Position numbers and translations under genes: made by a program. This document shows positions 1 through 10,389 of a stretch of DNA of 64,000 nt, one piece after another. The DNA comes from an uncultured Gammaproteobacteria bacterium. GTDB taxonomy: Bacteria; Patescibacteriota; Patescibacteriia; UBA1558; S5-K13. The notes beneath the pieces are model-generated. The model saw nothing but the letters and a program-made list of their open reading frames with translations, searched no databases and was not told the DNA's origin. The number at the start of each line of letters is the position of its first letter. Position 1 is the first letter of the stretch. Location: positions 112,396-176,395 of the forward strand of contig CAYRHT010000003.1 of the NCBI GenBank assembly GCA_964424195.1. The letters run 5' to 3'.

Positions 1-494
1 AAAGCAGCGTCATAATCATTCTGAGAAACACATATTATTTTATCCTTAAAATTAGCACTGAATTTTTCTAAGAAGAGATAGAGACTCTTTTTAAACTTAC
101 TTAGATTTTCTTTAAAGACCCAACCATGAGCAGTATAGACTATCTTTTTTACTCCAGCTAATTTACCAATATATGAACCAATAAATCCAGCCTTAGAGCT
201 ATGAAGGTGTAAAATATCAAACTTATTCTTTAAAAGAAAGAAAAGAATCTCCCCACCAACCATTTTATCTTTGAATATGTTTATATCTCGAACTAAAAAA
301 TTAAGCTTTTTAAACTTTATTCGAGGATTAGTGATATATTTTTGTAATTCTTCTTTTTTACCCTCTCCAAAAGCTATGGTAATTTCAAAAGAATCATCAA
401 GGTTATTAGCGATATCGCAGATATATTTTTGAGCACCACCAAAATGAGTTTGAGTGATAAGGTGGCAAATTTTTATTTTATTATTTACTTCCAT
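1..494 (-). CDS. Glycosyltransferase, GT4-like (partial; 3' end lies outside the window, start codon at 492-494)
   Basis: The reverse-strand translation begins MEVNNKIKICHLITQTHFGGAQKYI, a typical GT-B N-terminal glycine-rich motif. The open frame continues to the window edge. Confidence 0.6.
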   Translation of the reverse strand, partial: MEVNNKIKICHLITQTHFGGAQKYICDIANNLDDSFEITIAFGEGKKEELQKYITNPRIKFKKLNFLVRDINIFKDKMVGGEILFFLLKNKFDILHLHSSKAGFIGSYIGKLAGVKKIVYTAHGWVFKENLSKFKKSLYLFLEKFSANFKDKIICVSQNDYDAA

Positions 495-587
495 ACCTTT
501 ATTTTATATGAATAAGGAATAAGAGACAAGGAGGTTGATTTTTAACCTGTTTTATTGTATTCTATGGATATAATTTAATTTAAGATT

Positions 588-2144
588 ATGCGCATTTTAA
601 TTACAGGTGGTGCTGGTTTTGTTGGTGCCAATTTAACTAAATATTTACTAGATCAAGGACAAGAAGTTGTGGTGGTTGATAATTTTACTAGTGGTAAAAA
701 AGAAAATATCAAAGAGTTTTTTAATAATCCAAAATTCAAGTTGATTGTTCATGATATTCGAGAACCTTTGAAACTTAATGGTATTGATCAAATCTATCAC
801 TTAGCTTCTTTAGCTTCCCCAGATCATTATCTTTTTGATCCGGTAGCAACTTTAGAAACTAATATTTTAGGAACTAAAAATATTTTAGACTTAGCTTTGA
901 GTAATAAGGCTAAGATTTTATTTACTTCAACTTCAGAAGTTTATGGAGATCCTCAAGTTCATCCTCAAAGAGAAGATTATTTTGGTAATGTAAATCCAAT
1001 TGGTAGAAGATCTTGTTATGATGAAGGGAAACGAGCTGCAGAAACTCTATTCATGGACTATCATCGAGAGCATAAAGTTGATATTAGGATAGTAAGACTT
1101 TTTAATGTTTATGGTCCTAAGATGTCTATGAATGACGGACGAGTTATTTCCAACTTTGTTTTTCAGACTTTGAATAATGAACAGATAACAATTTACGGAG
1201 ATGGTTCACATACTAGAAGTTTTATGTATATTGATGATCTTTTACCGGCTTTGACAAAAATTATGGAACAATCAGAGGATATTGGGCCAATTAATCTAGG
1301 TAATCCAGAGGAAAAAACAATTTTAGAGTTAGCTGAGAGTGTGCGAGAAATTATGAATTCTAAGCGAGATTTTCATTTTATTGAAAAAGAACTTCATGCT
1401 GGTCGAATGGATGATCCTAAACTTAGATGTCCTGATATTAATAGGGCTCAATCTTTAATTGAATGGAATCCAGGAATTAGTTTAAAGAATGGATTAGAAA
1501 AGACTATTGAATACTTTAAAGAAGAGAATGAAAAGAAGAATAAGGTATTAATATTTACTACATCTTTCTATCCTTTAGAAGGTCCAGCAGAAAAGATGAC
1601 TCGGAAGATAATTAATAGATTAGGTTTTTGGGATTTTGATGTTATTACAGCTAAGTTAGATTCTAGTTTGAAGAGTGAAGAAAATATTAATAATGTTAAT
1701 GTTTATCGTTTAGGTAAAGGATCTAAGTTGGATAAATATCTTTTACCATTTTTAGCTTTGTCTAAAGCTAAAAAACTTTACAAAGAAAATGATTATAAGA
1801 TTATTTGGTCAGTAATGGCTACTTATGCATCTTTTGCTGGTCTATTATTCTCATTGTTTGTAAAAAAGTTACCATTTTTAATTACTATGGATAAAAATGA
1901 AAAATCAAAAAGAGTCCAATCTAAAATTGAATGGATTTATCCTATTTACAGATTATTATTTAAAAAATCACATACGGTAATAACTTTTGATCAAGAATTG
2001 AAGGATAAATTAGATATGATTTACTATGATAGTAAGATAGTTAATATTCCTTTTAATGAAGAAAGTTCGAAGTGGGATATTGTTGCTAAAAAAGTAAAAG
2101 AAGCTTTACAAAGACTAGAAATACTTGGTACTAGATTAAAATAA
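588..2144 (+). CDS. UDP-glucuronate decarboxylase (UDP-xylose synthase, SDR family) fused to a C-terminal GT-B N-terminal-half-like domain
   Basis: N-terminal ~315 aa match the UXS pattern: GGAGFVG NAD site, STSEVYGDP, YDEGKR, NVYGP, NLGNPEE. The C-terminal ~200 aa (from ~nt 1530) is paralogous to the N-terminal half of the next GT: KVLIFTTSFYPLEGPAEKM versus KILIFSTNYFPHVGGAEMA. Confidence 0.85.
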   Translation: MRILITGGAGFVGANLTKYLLDQGQEVVVVDNFTSGKKENIKEFFNNPKFKLIVHDIREPLKLNGIDQIYHLASLASPDHYLFDPVATLETNILGTKNILDLALSNKAKILFTSTSEVYGDPQVHPQREDYFGNVNPIGRRSCYDEGKRAAETLFMDYHREHKVDIRIVRLFNVYGPKMSMNDGRVISNFVFQTLNNEQITIYGDGSHTRSFMYIDDLLPALTKIMEQSEDIGPINLGNPEEKTILELAESVREIMNSKRDFHFIEKELHAGRMDDPKLRCPDINRAQSLIEWNPGISLKNGLEKTIEYFKEENEKKNKVLIFTTSFYPLEGPAEKMTRKIINRLGFWDFDVITAKLDSSLKSEENINNVNVYRLGKGSKLDKYLLPFLALSKAKKLYKENDYKIIWSVMATYASFAGLLFSLFVKKLPFLITMDKNEKSKRVQSKIEWIYPIYRLLFKKSHTVITFDQELKDKLDMIYYDSKIVNIPFNEESSKWDIVAKKVKEALQRLEILGTRLK

Positions 2145-2150
2145 TATACT

Positions 2151-3284
2151 ATGAAAAAGATATTAATATTTTCTACTAATTATTTTCCTCATGTTGGTGG
2201 AGCTGAAATGGCGATCCGAGAAATCTGTAAGCGCTTACCTGAAAATGAGTATCATTTGGTGACAACTAAATTTGAAAAAGGTATTTCTAATTATGAAAAG
2301 ATAGAAAATATTCATGTCCATCGAGTAGGCTTTGGTTATAAAATAGATAAGTATCTATTTTTTATTTTAGCTCAATTTAAAGCTCATTCTTTAGATATAA
2401 AACATAGTTTTGACTTTTGTTGGGGGATGATGGCTTCTTATGCTGGATTAAGTGCTTGGATTTTTAAAAAGTTTCATCAGAATGTTAAATATCTTTTAAC
2501 TCTCCAATCTGGAGATAGTGATCAGTTTATAACTAAAAGAACTTGGTGGTGGAAAGGAATCTACAGAAAGATATATCAAGATCCAGACTATATTCAAGCT
2601 ATTTCTAATTTTTTAATAGATCGAGCTAAAAGATATGGATATCAGGGTGAAAATATTGAATTAGTTCCGAATGGAGTAGATATTCAGAATTTTACTAAGA
2701 AGTTAAGTGAAGAAGAAATAAAGACTAAGAAAGAAGAACTAGGAATTAAAGAGGGAGATAAGATTATTATTTCATTATCTAGATTAGCGATGAAGAATGC
2801 CATGAATGACTTAATTGATTCTTTACAATATCTACCCGAGAATTATAAGCTTATAATTTGTGGGACTGGACCTTTAGAAAATAAGTTAAAACTACAAGTA
2901 ATGGTTTCTAAACTAGAAAACAGAGTTAAATTTATTGGCTTAGTGGACTATAAAGAATTATATAAATATTTGAATATAGCTGATGTGTTTTGTCGACCTT
3001 CCTTGTCGGAAGGATTAGGTAATGTATTTTTAGAAGCTATGGCTGCTCAAGTGCCAGTTGTTGCGACTAAAGTTGGCGGAATACCAGACTTTTTAGAAGA
3101 TCAAGAAACTGGTTTGTTTTGTGAAGTTAAAAATCATCAGAGTATTGCTGAAAAAATCAGATTGTTAATAGAAGATAATGAATTAAGGAATAGAGTTGTC
3201 CAGAATGGATATCAGATGGTAATAGAGAGTTATAGTTGGAAGAGTATTTCTAAAAAAATGAATAATATATTTAATAAGTTATGA
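2151..3284 (+). CDS. Glycosyltransferase family 4 (GT-B)
   Basis: N-terminal HVGGAE motif and C-terminal EGLGNVFLEAMAAQVPVVATKVGG (E-X7-E region). Confidence 0.85.
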   Translation: MKKILIFSTNYFPHVGGAEMAIREICKRLPENEYHLVTTKFEKGISNYEKIENIHVHRVGFGYKIDKYLFFILAQFKAHSLDIKHSFDFCWGMMASYAGLSAWIFKKFHQNVKYLLTLQSGDSDQFITKRTWWWKGIYRKIYQDPDYIQAISNFLIDRAKRYGYQGENIELVPNGVDIQNFTKKLSEEEIKTKKEELGIKEGDKIIISLSRLAMKNAMNDLIDSLQYLPENYKLIICGTGPLENKLKLQVMVSKLENRVKFIGLVDYKELYKYLNIADVFCRPSLSEGLGNVFLEAMAAQVPVVATKVGGIPDFLEDQETGLFCEVKNHQSIAEKIRLLIEDNELRNRVVQNGYQMVIESYSWKSISKKMNNIFNKL

Positions 3285-4396
3285 AAATATTGATTACAAC
3301 TGGAATTTATCCACCAGAATCTGGAGGACCAGCTACTTATGTTAAGAATTTAGCTCGAGTTTTAGTTGAGCAAGGACATCAAGTGGGTGTAATTACTTAT
3401 TCCGATCAATCTAGCTATAATGGTGATGATTCTTTAAATTATAAATTAATTAGAATTAAAAAAGGGAATAAAATTCTAAATTATATTAAGTTTTTCAAAG
3501 TAGTAAATAAAAATGTTAAAAACTTTGATTTAGTTTATTGTTTCGATCATTTTAGCGCCGGTATTCCTTCTGTTTTAGCTTGTAAATTAAATAAAAAGAA
3601 AATAGCTATTCGAGTCGGTGGTGACTTTATTTGGGAGCGTTATGTAGAGAAAACAGGAGAAGAAATAAGTTTAAAAGAATATTATTCTAAGAAAAAAAAT
3701 AATAATGACTGGAGATTTAAAGTAATTAATTTTATTTTTAAATTAACTGATTTGTTAATTTTTAGTACTGATTTTCAAAAAGATATCTTTGAAGAGCATT
3801 ATGCATTAAATTATAAAAAGATTAAGATTATTCCGAATCCAATTATTGTTGAAAAAGAGACAGAGAATTCTCTAAATAGAAATAGAGAAATAGTGTGGGC
3901 TGGAAGAATGCTAAAATTAAAAAATTTATTTAATCTAGTTTTAGTCTTCTCAGAAATTAAAAATAATAATTTTAAATTAGTTCTTTTTGGTGAGGGAAAT
4001 ATTAAAAAAGACTTAGAAGTTTTTATTAAGAAAAATAATTTTCAAAATATAGAAATTAATGACAAGATCTCCCAAAAAAGTCTTAACGAAAAGATAAAAT
4101 CTTGTCATGCTTTTGTTTTACCTAGTCATACAGACATTAGTCCTAATATTATTTTAAATTGTATTAGATATAAAACTCCATTTTTAATGACTAAGGAAAA
4201 TGGATTTAGTTTCCTAGAAGATAAAGCTCTTTTTTTTGATCCCAAAGACAATTCTCAATTAAAAGATTGTCTCGAAAAAGTAATGGATTCTAATTTTTAT
4301 GAACAATATAAAGATAGAGTTTTAGAGATAAATTATAATCACACTCTTAATGAGATTACAGAAGGCACTTTAAAATTATTTGAAACTTTAGTATGA
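3281..4396 (+). CDS. Glycosyltransferase, GT-B fold
   Basis: N-terminal GIYPPESGGPATYVKNLA motif. ATGA overlap with the upstream gene. Confidence 0.7.
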   Translation: MKILITTGIYPPESGGPATYVKNLARVLVEQGHQVGVITYSDQSSYNGDDSLNYKLIRIKKGNKILNYIKFFKVVNKNVKNFDLVYCFDHFSAGIPSVLACKLNKKKIAIRVGGDFIWERYVEKTGEEISLKEYYSKKKNNNDWRFKVINFIFKLTDLLIFSTDFQKDIFEEHYALNYKKIKIIPNPIIVEKETENSLNRNREIVWAGRMLKLKNLFNLVLVFSEIKNNNFKLVLFGEGNIKKDLEVFIKKNNFQNIEINDKISQKSLNEKIKSCHAFVLPSHTDISPNIILNCIRYKTPFLMTKENGFSFLEDKALFFDPKDNSQLKDCLEKVMDSNFYEQYKDRVLEINYNHTLNEITEGTLKLFETLV

Positions 4397-5439
4397 AAAT
4401 TCTAAGCCTAGGAATGGATAAAAATTTAGTTAATAAAAGTTCACAAGTTAGTGAGAGAGTTTTAGAATATGCTAATTTAGTTGATAAATACACAATAATA
4501 AGTTTGGCAGATCAAGATGGTTCTTTAAATTTAAGTCAAAACGCAGAAGTTTTTTTAATTAATCAAAAGAATAAGATACTGGCTCTTTGGAAAATGAAAA
4601 AGAAAATTAAAAAAGTTTTGAAAAGTGATAATTATGATTTAATAACGGTGCAAGATATTTATTTCATAGCTTATTTAGCGATTAGAATGGCTAGTAGATT
4701 TAAAATTGATACAGAGATTCAAGTCCATGGATTTGAAAAGTTTAAAGGCTTCAGAAAGAGACTTGTTAAATATGTTTTAAAAAGAGCAAATTCAATTAGA
4801 GTTGTTAGTGAAAGATTAAAAAAACAATTAATTCAAAATTTTAAAGTTTTAGAAGACAAAATTACAGTAGTGCCAGTTTATGTAAAAACTGAAATTAAAG
4901 AGAAAGAATTGAAATCTAAAGAAAATGATAAATTTATTTTCTTAACAGTAGGGAGATTGGTTCCAGTTAAAAATATAGAAATACAAATCAAAGCTATTGA
5001 TAAATTAAAAAATAAATACGAAAATATTGAATTATGGATCGTGGGTGATGGTTTAAAGAAGTATGAATTAAGAGATAATATTAAGTTTTTTGGATATCAA
5101 GAAGATTTGAGTAAATTCTATCAGCAGGCCGATTGTTTTCTGCTTACTTCTAGTTATGAAGGCTGGGGAATCGTTATTATTGAGGCAGCGAGTTATGGAT
5201 TACCAATTATTATGACTGATGTTGGTTGTGCTGGTGAATTTATTAAAGATGGTCAGAATGGAAGTGTCGTCGCAATACAAGATCAAGAAGCATTAGAAAG
5301 CAAAATGATTGAATTGATTGAAAATGAAGGTTTAAGAGCTAAATTAGGAAATAACGCTAAAGAGTCAGTAAAAAGTTTATTAAGTAAAGAAGAAACTTTA
5401 AATTTATATAAACAATCATGGGAGAAAGCAATAAAATAA
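4393..5439 (+). CDS. Glycosyltransferase family 4
   Basis: C-terminal EGWGIVIIEAASYGLPIIMTDVGCAGEFI motif. Confidence 0.85.
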   Translation: MKILSLGMDKNLVNKSSQVSERVLEYANLVDKYTIISLADQDGSLNLSQNAEVFLINQKNKILALWKMKKKIKKVLKSDNYDLITVQDIYFIAYLAIRMASRFKIDTEIQVHGFEKFKGFRKRLVKYVLKRANSIRVVSERLKKQLIQNFKVLEDKITVVPVYVKTEIKEKELKSKENDKFIFLTVGRLVPVKNIEIQIKAIDKLKNKYENIELWIVGDGLKKYELRDNIKFFGYQEDLSKFYQQADCFLLTSSYEGWGIVIIEAASYGLPIIMTDVGCAGEFIKDGQNGSVVAIQDQEALESKMIELIENEGLRAKLGNNAKESVKSLLSKEETLNLYKQSWEKAIK

Positions 5440-6467
5440 AATTACTTATTTGTACTCAAAAAGTAAACATGAACGATTCTGTTCTTGGTTTTTTTCATGA
5501 ATGGATTAAAAAAATCGCAAAACATTGTGATCAGTTAACTGTTATTTGTTTAGAAAAAGGAGATTATGAGCTACCAGAAAATGTAAATGTTTTGTCTTTA
5601 GATAAAGAAAAGAAAGTTGGTAAATTTAAGTATATTTTGAAATTTTACAAATATCTTTGGAGATATCGTAAAGATTATAATGCTGTTTTTGTGCATATGA
5701 ATAAAGAATATGTGTTCTTAGGCGGTATTATTTGGCGAATTACGAAGAAAAGAGTTGCTTTTTGGTATAATCATGTTTATGGAGATTTAATGGCCTCTAT
5801 AAGTGGATTATTGGCTAATAGTATTTGTTATACTTCTGGATTTTCTTTTTTTAGAAAATGGAAAAAGTCTATTAAGATGCCAGTAGGAATTAATACTGAT
5901 TTATTTAATATTGATAGTTCGGTAATTAAAAAAGAAAATTCTCTTTTATTTTTAGGAAGGGTATCAAAAGTGAAAAATATTCATATTTTGATTGAGGTTT
6001 TGAAAAATATAAATAAAAAAGGTATTAATTTTCATTTAGATATTGTTGGAGGGAAGAAAGATGGAGAAGAAGAATATTTTACTGGAGTAAAAAAGCAGGC
6101 AGAATCTTTAGTTGAAAATGGAAAAATTTCATTTCTAGGAGAAATTCCTAATCATAAATTGAGTCAAATTTATAATGAAAATCAAATTTTTATTAATTTA
6201 ACTAATTCTGGATCTCTTGATAAAACAATATTTGAAGCTATGGCTTCTGGTAATTTAATTTTAGTTAGTAATAAAAATTTAGAAGAGCATATTTCAAAAA
6301 ATTTATTATTTAAAGAAGATAATCAGGAAGATTTAGAAAATAAAATTATTCATCTTTTAAATCTTTCAGAGCTTGAAAAAGATGAGATGCGTAAAGATTT
6401 GAGAAAAGTGGTAGTAGAAAGACATGGTCTAGATGAGTTAGTAGATAAATTAATAAAATTATTATGA
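5418..6467 (+). CDS. Glycosyltransferase, GT-B fold (divergent)
   Basis: FEAMASGNLILVSN motif. Sits within the glycosyltransferase operon. Confidence 0.6.
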   Translation: MGESNKIKLLICTQKVNMNDSVLGFFHEWIKKIAKHCDQLTVICLEKGDYELPENVNVLSLDKEKKVGKFKYILKFYKYLWRYRKDYNAVFVHMNKEYVFLGGIIWRITKKRVAFWYNHVYGDLMASISGLLANSICYTSGFSFFRKWKKSIKMPVGINTDLFNIDSSVIKKENSLLFLGRVSKVKNIHILIEVLKNINKKGINFHLDIVGGKKDGEEEYFTGVKKQAESLVENGKISFLGEIPNHKLSQIYNENQIFINLTNSGSLDKTIFEAMASGNLILVSNKNLEEHISKNLLFKEDNQEDLENKIIHLLNLSELEKDEMRKDLRKVVVERHGLDELVDKLIKLL

Positions 6468-7336
6468 ATCAGACTTCTTGTAAAATATGTGCCTCAGTAA
6501 CTGAATTTAATTTCAAAAAAGATAATTTTGATTTTTATAAGTGTAAAAATTGTAATTTAACCTTTGTTCATCCACAGCCTCAGAATTTAGATGTTTTTTA
6601 TGGTAAGTCTTATTATAAATCAGATGTTTTAGATAAGGATTTTTTTGGTTATGCTGACTATGAAAAAGATAAGGAACCAATGAAATCAAATTTTATTGGT
6701 ATATTAGAGTATATGAAAGCTAAAGTTCCTGCTCAGAGTGTTTTCGATGTTGGAGCGGCAACAGGATATTTCTTAGACATTGCTAAATCAAAAAATTGGG
6801 CAACTTATGGGTCAGAAATATCTAATTATTCTTATGGTTTAGCTAAAGCTAAAGGACATAGAATAGTTTTAGGAGAGTTAGATAAATATGAAGATAATTT
6901 GCAATTTGGAATGGTTACTATGTGGGATGTTTTAGAACACTTGAAGGATCCTAGTTTATATATAAAGAATGTGAATAAGATTTTGAAAGATGATGGATGG
7001 GTACTTATTAATACTATCAATGCTGATAGTTTATGGGCTAAATTATGGGGAAAAAATTGGAATATGATTATCCCTCCGGAACATTTATTCTATTTTTCCA
7101 AAGAGAATATAAGTAGGCTTCTAGAAGATAATGGATTTCAAGTTGTTGAATATAAAAAGATATTTAAAAAGTTTTCTTTATCATATATTTTTAAAGTTTT
7201 ATATAATTGGCGAAAGATAAGGGTGTTTAAAAAATTATCTATTATTTTTGATAATAGTTTTTGGAGAAAACTTAAAATTCCAATATATTTAGGAGATAAC
7301 ATTTTTGTTCTAGCTAAAAAAGTAAAGAATATTTAA
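6464..7336 (+). CDS. Class I SAM-dependent methyltransferase with N-terminal CxxC...CxxC zinc ribbon
   Basis: N-terminal CKIC...CKNC ribbon, then the methyltransferase motif I VFDVGAATGYFLD. Confidence 0.7.
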   Translation: MNQTSCKICASVTEFNFKKDNFDFYKCKNCNLTFVHPQPQNLDVFYGKSYYKSDVLDKDFFGYADYEKDKEPMKSNFIGILEYMKAKVPAQSVFDVGAATGYFLDIAKSKNWATYGSEISNYSYGLAKAKGHRIVLGELDKYEDNLQFGMVTMWDVLEHLKDPSLYIKNVNKILKDDGWVLINTINADSLWAKLWGKNWNMIIPPEHLFYFSKENISRLLEDNGFQVVEYKKIFKKFSLSYIFKVLYNWRKIRVFKKLSIIFDNSFWRKLKIPIYLGDNIFVLAKKVKNI

Positions 7337-7337
7337 T

Positions 7338-9023
7338 ATGCTTAAAAAACATTATTTAGCAATTTTATTATCTATTGTTATAGCTTTATTAACTTTTTGT
7401 CCTCAATTTTTATCTATTAATTCAATGGAGGATTCTTGGCAAGGAGTTTATCCAATAAATACTGCAGATGACATTTATTATTTAGCTAGAGCACAGGATT
7501 CCCTTGATGGACATATATTTTTATCTAATCCCTATTTATATGAACATAAAGATAGTAGTCCAATGCAATTTTGGTTAGCAGATTATTTCCTGGCTATGCC
7601 AGCTAATTTCTTTAATATTAATGTGGCTGAAGTTTATGCTTTCTATGATCTTTTTTTAGTAATTATTTTAGTTTTACTAACTTATAGCATTCTTTATAAT
7701 CTGAGTAAGAATAAATTATTATCTTTATCTAGTACTACTTTTTTACACCTAGCTTTATTTTTAGATAGATTTGGTAGATCTCCTAGTCCACAATTTAATT
7801 TTATTTTTTGGCTCTTATTAACTTTATTTTTAATTAAATACATAAAGACAAATAAAAAGATTTATATTATTCTTTCGGGATTGTCTTTTGGTTTGCTTTT
7901 CCATCTTTATACTTATTACTGGACATTTTGGTTGTGTTTATTGGGAATTTTATTTTTAGTTAATATTTTCTTGAAAGAAAAGAAAATTAAGGAATATTTT
8001 TATGTTATTTTAATTGGAATACTTATTGGTATTCCTTATTTTATAACGATGTTTCAGAGTCTTAAATTACCATTTTATAATGAATCAATATATAGATTAG
8101 GAATGATTGATACTCATTTTCCTTCTGGATTTAAAATAGTTTCCTCAGCAATTCTGATTTTATTTATTTATTTTGTTCTATGGAAAAAGAAAGTAGTAAA
8201 AAATGATGCATTAACTAGACTTTTATTAATAGGAACTGTATCAACTGTAATTTGCGTTAATCAGCACCTAATAACTGGTAAAAATTTAGAATTTTCCAGT
8301 CATTATTTAGTATTAAGTGTTTTTTGGTTTATATTCTTTTTTACTTATTTATTTAATAAGATATTGCAGAATAAAAAAGATCCTAAAAGAATAGTGACTA
8401 TTCTTTTTATATTAATTTTATCTTTTTCTTTTTTAAATATCAAAAATAAATTTTTATCAGATATTAAAGCTAAGAATTATGAAATAAATTGGCAAAGATA
8501 TGTAAAAATTTTAAATTGGTTAAATGATAATACAAATTTAGATTCTATAGTTTATGCTGATAGTGAAATGAGCAATTTAATTCCAGTTTATACGCATAAT
8601 AATATTTATTATAATAGATTTGCTAATTTATTTTTTATTTCAAACAAGGAATGTCAAGAAAGATTCATCATTAATAATTATTGGGACGAATTTACTGATG
8701 AATATATATTAGATTATCAGAGGTATATTTGGGGGGTTCATTATATTGATGAATATGGGCATAATCAAAGTAAAAATAAAATTAAAAAGATTTTAGGTTT
8801 GGAAATCAATGAAAATGAAATAATTCCAAGAGTTAAAAAGAAAAGCTTTAAAAAATTAAGCGATGAGATTAAAAGTAAGAGTATAGAAGAAAGTCTATTT
8901 AGTTATAAGGTAGATTATTTAATTTGGGACAAAACAAAAAATCCTCATTGGCTTATTGAGGATTTGAAATTTTTAGAAAAGGTTTTTGAATTTAATGATA
9001 TTATAGTGTATAAGATTATTTAA
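7338..9023 (+). CDS. Polytopic membrane protein, possible GT-C-type glycosyltransferase or polymerase
   Basis: About 12 predicted TM helices. Located in the glycan operon. The specific family is not resolved from sequence. Confidence 0.5.
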   Translation: MLKKHYLAILLSIVIALLTFCPQFLSINSMEDSWQGVYPINTADDIYYLARAQDSLDGHIFLSNPYLYEHKDSSPMQFWLADYFLAMPANFFNINVAEVYAFYDLFLVIILVLLTYSILYNLSKNKLLSLSSTTFLHLALFLDRFGRSPSPQFNFIFWLLLTLFLIKYIKTNKKIYIILSGLSFGLLFHLYTYYWTFWLCLLGILFLVNIFLKEKKIKEYFYVILIGILIGIPYFITMFQSLKLPFYNESIYRLGMIDTHFPSGFKIVSSAILILFIYFVLWKKKVVKNDALTRLLLIGTVSTVICVNQHLITGKNLEFSSHYLVLSVFWFIFFFTYLFNKILQNKKDPKRIVTILFILILSFSFLNIKNKFLSDIKAKNYEINWQRYVKILNWLNDNTNLDSIVYADSEMSNLIPVYTHNNIYYNRFANLFFISNKECQERFIINNYWDEFTDEYILDYQRYIWGVHYIDEYGHNQSKNKIKKILGLEINENEIIPRVKKKSFKKLSDEIKSKSIEESLFSYKVDYLIWDKTKNPHWLIEDLKFLEKVFEFNDIIVYKII

Positions 9024-9855
9024 TTATATAATTTTTACCAATTTTAGCGATTAATTTTTCTATATAATTAGTTGATTTCAAAATTTCTTCAAGAAGATGT
9101 AGTGTTAAAAATATTCCATAAATTACTACAATCCAGGAAGTCAAAGGATAACTCTGAGGATTGTTAAGGAATATTTTTTCTATTATTAAACTGAAAAATA
9201 TAATCCACATAGCCATAAAGAACTGTCTTAATTGAAATCTTATGGCTAATATTTTTCTGATAAAACTTTTATTTAATATTTTTTTATTAACAATGGACTC
9301 TTCGGATAATTCATTGTTTTTTATTCCCCACATATCTGAATTTTTGAGATAATATTTACAACATAGGTGAAATGGTAATTGTCCGTTTGCTTTAAGCATG
9401 CTCCAAGCTAATCCACCAAAAATTCCAGTTAATAAAACTAATTCTGAATTTAAAGAAGATACTTTAGAAATATTATAAGTCAAGGCAAATAAGAATAAAG
9501 ATGGACCTGCTAAATGATAAATACCATCTACATATAGTCCCTTTAAGGAAAAAAGATTATTATATCTGGCGATATCTCCATCTACACCATCTAAGATTAA
9601 ACAAAGCCATAAAAGTAATAAGGCAACTATTTTCAACCAAAAGTCAGAAAAAAAGAGAAGTATAGAAGCGAGAAAGCTTAAAATTACAAAAAAATAAGTA
9701 ATTTGATTAGGAGTTACTTTTATATTATGTTTGAGAATGAAATGGCTTAGATAAAGAGCAGGATTTTGATTAAATCGTCTATGTCCCCACATATATTTCA
9801 TTCGTTCTCTCTTGTTTCCGTGAAGTTTTTCTCCTAATTTTTTAATAGTTTCCAT
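9016..9855 (-). CDS. CDP-alcohol phosphatidyltransferase family membrane protein
   Basis: Signature DGVDGDIARYNNLFSLKGLYVDGIYHLAG, i.e. D-G-x2-A-R...G-x3-D-x3-D. Multiple TM helices. Confidence 0.7.
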   Translation of the reverse strand: METIKKLGEKLHGNKRERMKYMWGHRRFNQNPALYLSHFILKHNIKVTPNQITYFFVILSFLASILLFFSDFWLKIVALLLLWLCLILDGVDGDIARYNNLFSLKGLYVDGIYHLAGPSLFLFALTYNISKVSSLNSELVLLTGIFGGLAWSMLKANGQLPFHLCCKYYLKNSDMWGIKNNELSEESIVNKKILNKSFIRKILAIRFQLRQFFMAMWIIFFSLIIEKIFLNNPQSYPLTSWIVVIYGIFLTLHLLEEILKSTNYIEKLIAKIGKNYIIK

Positions 9856-9856
9856 A

Positions 9857-10360
9857 TTATATTTCTTTATCGATTATTGTTCTAATTTTTGTTGATGAAG
9901 TAGTCTTAGTGTAGGGAAAATAAATCACTTCTACATTTACTTTTTTTAACTTTCTTTCATATTCGTTCCAGCTTGGAGTATCTTTCCAACAATCTGCTAC
10001 AAATAAAACATCAAATTCTATTTTTTCCCATGCTTTATATTTATCTATTTCATCTTGAGAAACAACCTCATCCACACATTTAATATTTTCAACTATTTCC
10101 ATTCTTTCTTTATGAGGTATGAAGGCTTTTTTATTTTTATAACTCACTAATTCATCATTAGTTACGCCTACTATTAGTTTATCACACATTGATTTAGCAT
10201 TGCGTAAGATATTTAAGTGTCCAATATGAAACAAATCAAATACGCCAGCAGTATAACCAACTATTATTTTTTTGTCTCTTATCTTTTGAGAAATATTTTT
10301 CTTTTTCATATTTTTATAATTTATAATAGTAATTTTATAGTATCTAAAAGCTTTTTGCAA
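9857..10360 (-). CDS. Glycerol-3-phosphate cytidylyltransferase-like (TagD family). Start may be the internal ATG at 10311.
   Basis: GYTAGVFDLFHIGHLNIL HxGH nucleotidyltransferase motif. The 12-29 aa N-terminal extension relative to TagD leaves the start uncertain. Confidence 0.8.
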   Translation of the reverse strand: MQKAFRYYKITIINYKNMKKKNISQKIRDKKIIVGYTAGVFDLFHIGHLNILRNAKSMCDKLIVGVTNDELVSYKNKKAFIPHKERMEIVENIKCVDEVVSQDEIDKYKAWEKIEFDVLFVADCWKDTPSWNEYERKLKKVNVEVIYFPYTKTTSSTKIRTIIDKEI

Positions 10361-10389
10361 TAAGAAGGATAAGGTATTATAATAGATGT

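Noticed and set aside
6832-7020. Small antisense or alternate-frame ORFs from the six-frame track (6832..7020, 12227..12451, 13832..14059, 25516..25833, 28321..28578, 29328..29588, 34885..35070, 42482..42703, 43143..43340, 46242..46448, 47163..47381, 47878..48075, 49895..50080, 53650..53850, 54048..54266, 54894..55079, 56283..56483, 58946..59179, 63128..63448, 63666..63929)
   Set aside because: Each lies entirely inside, or antisense to, a longer ORF with clear family-level similarity. They are low-complexity, lack an RBS, and are expected by chance in AT-rich DNA.
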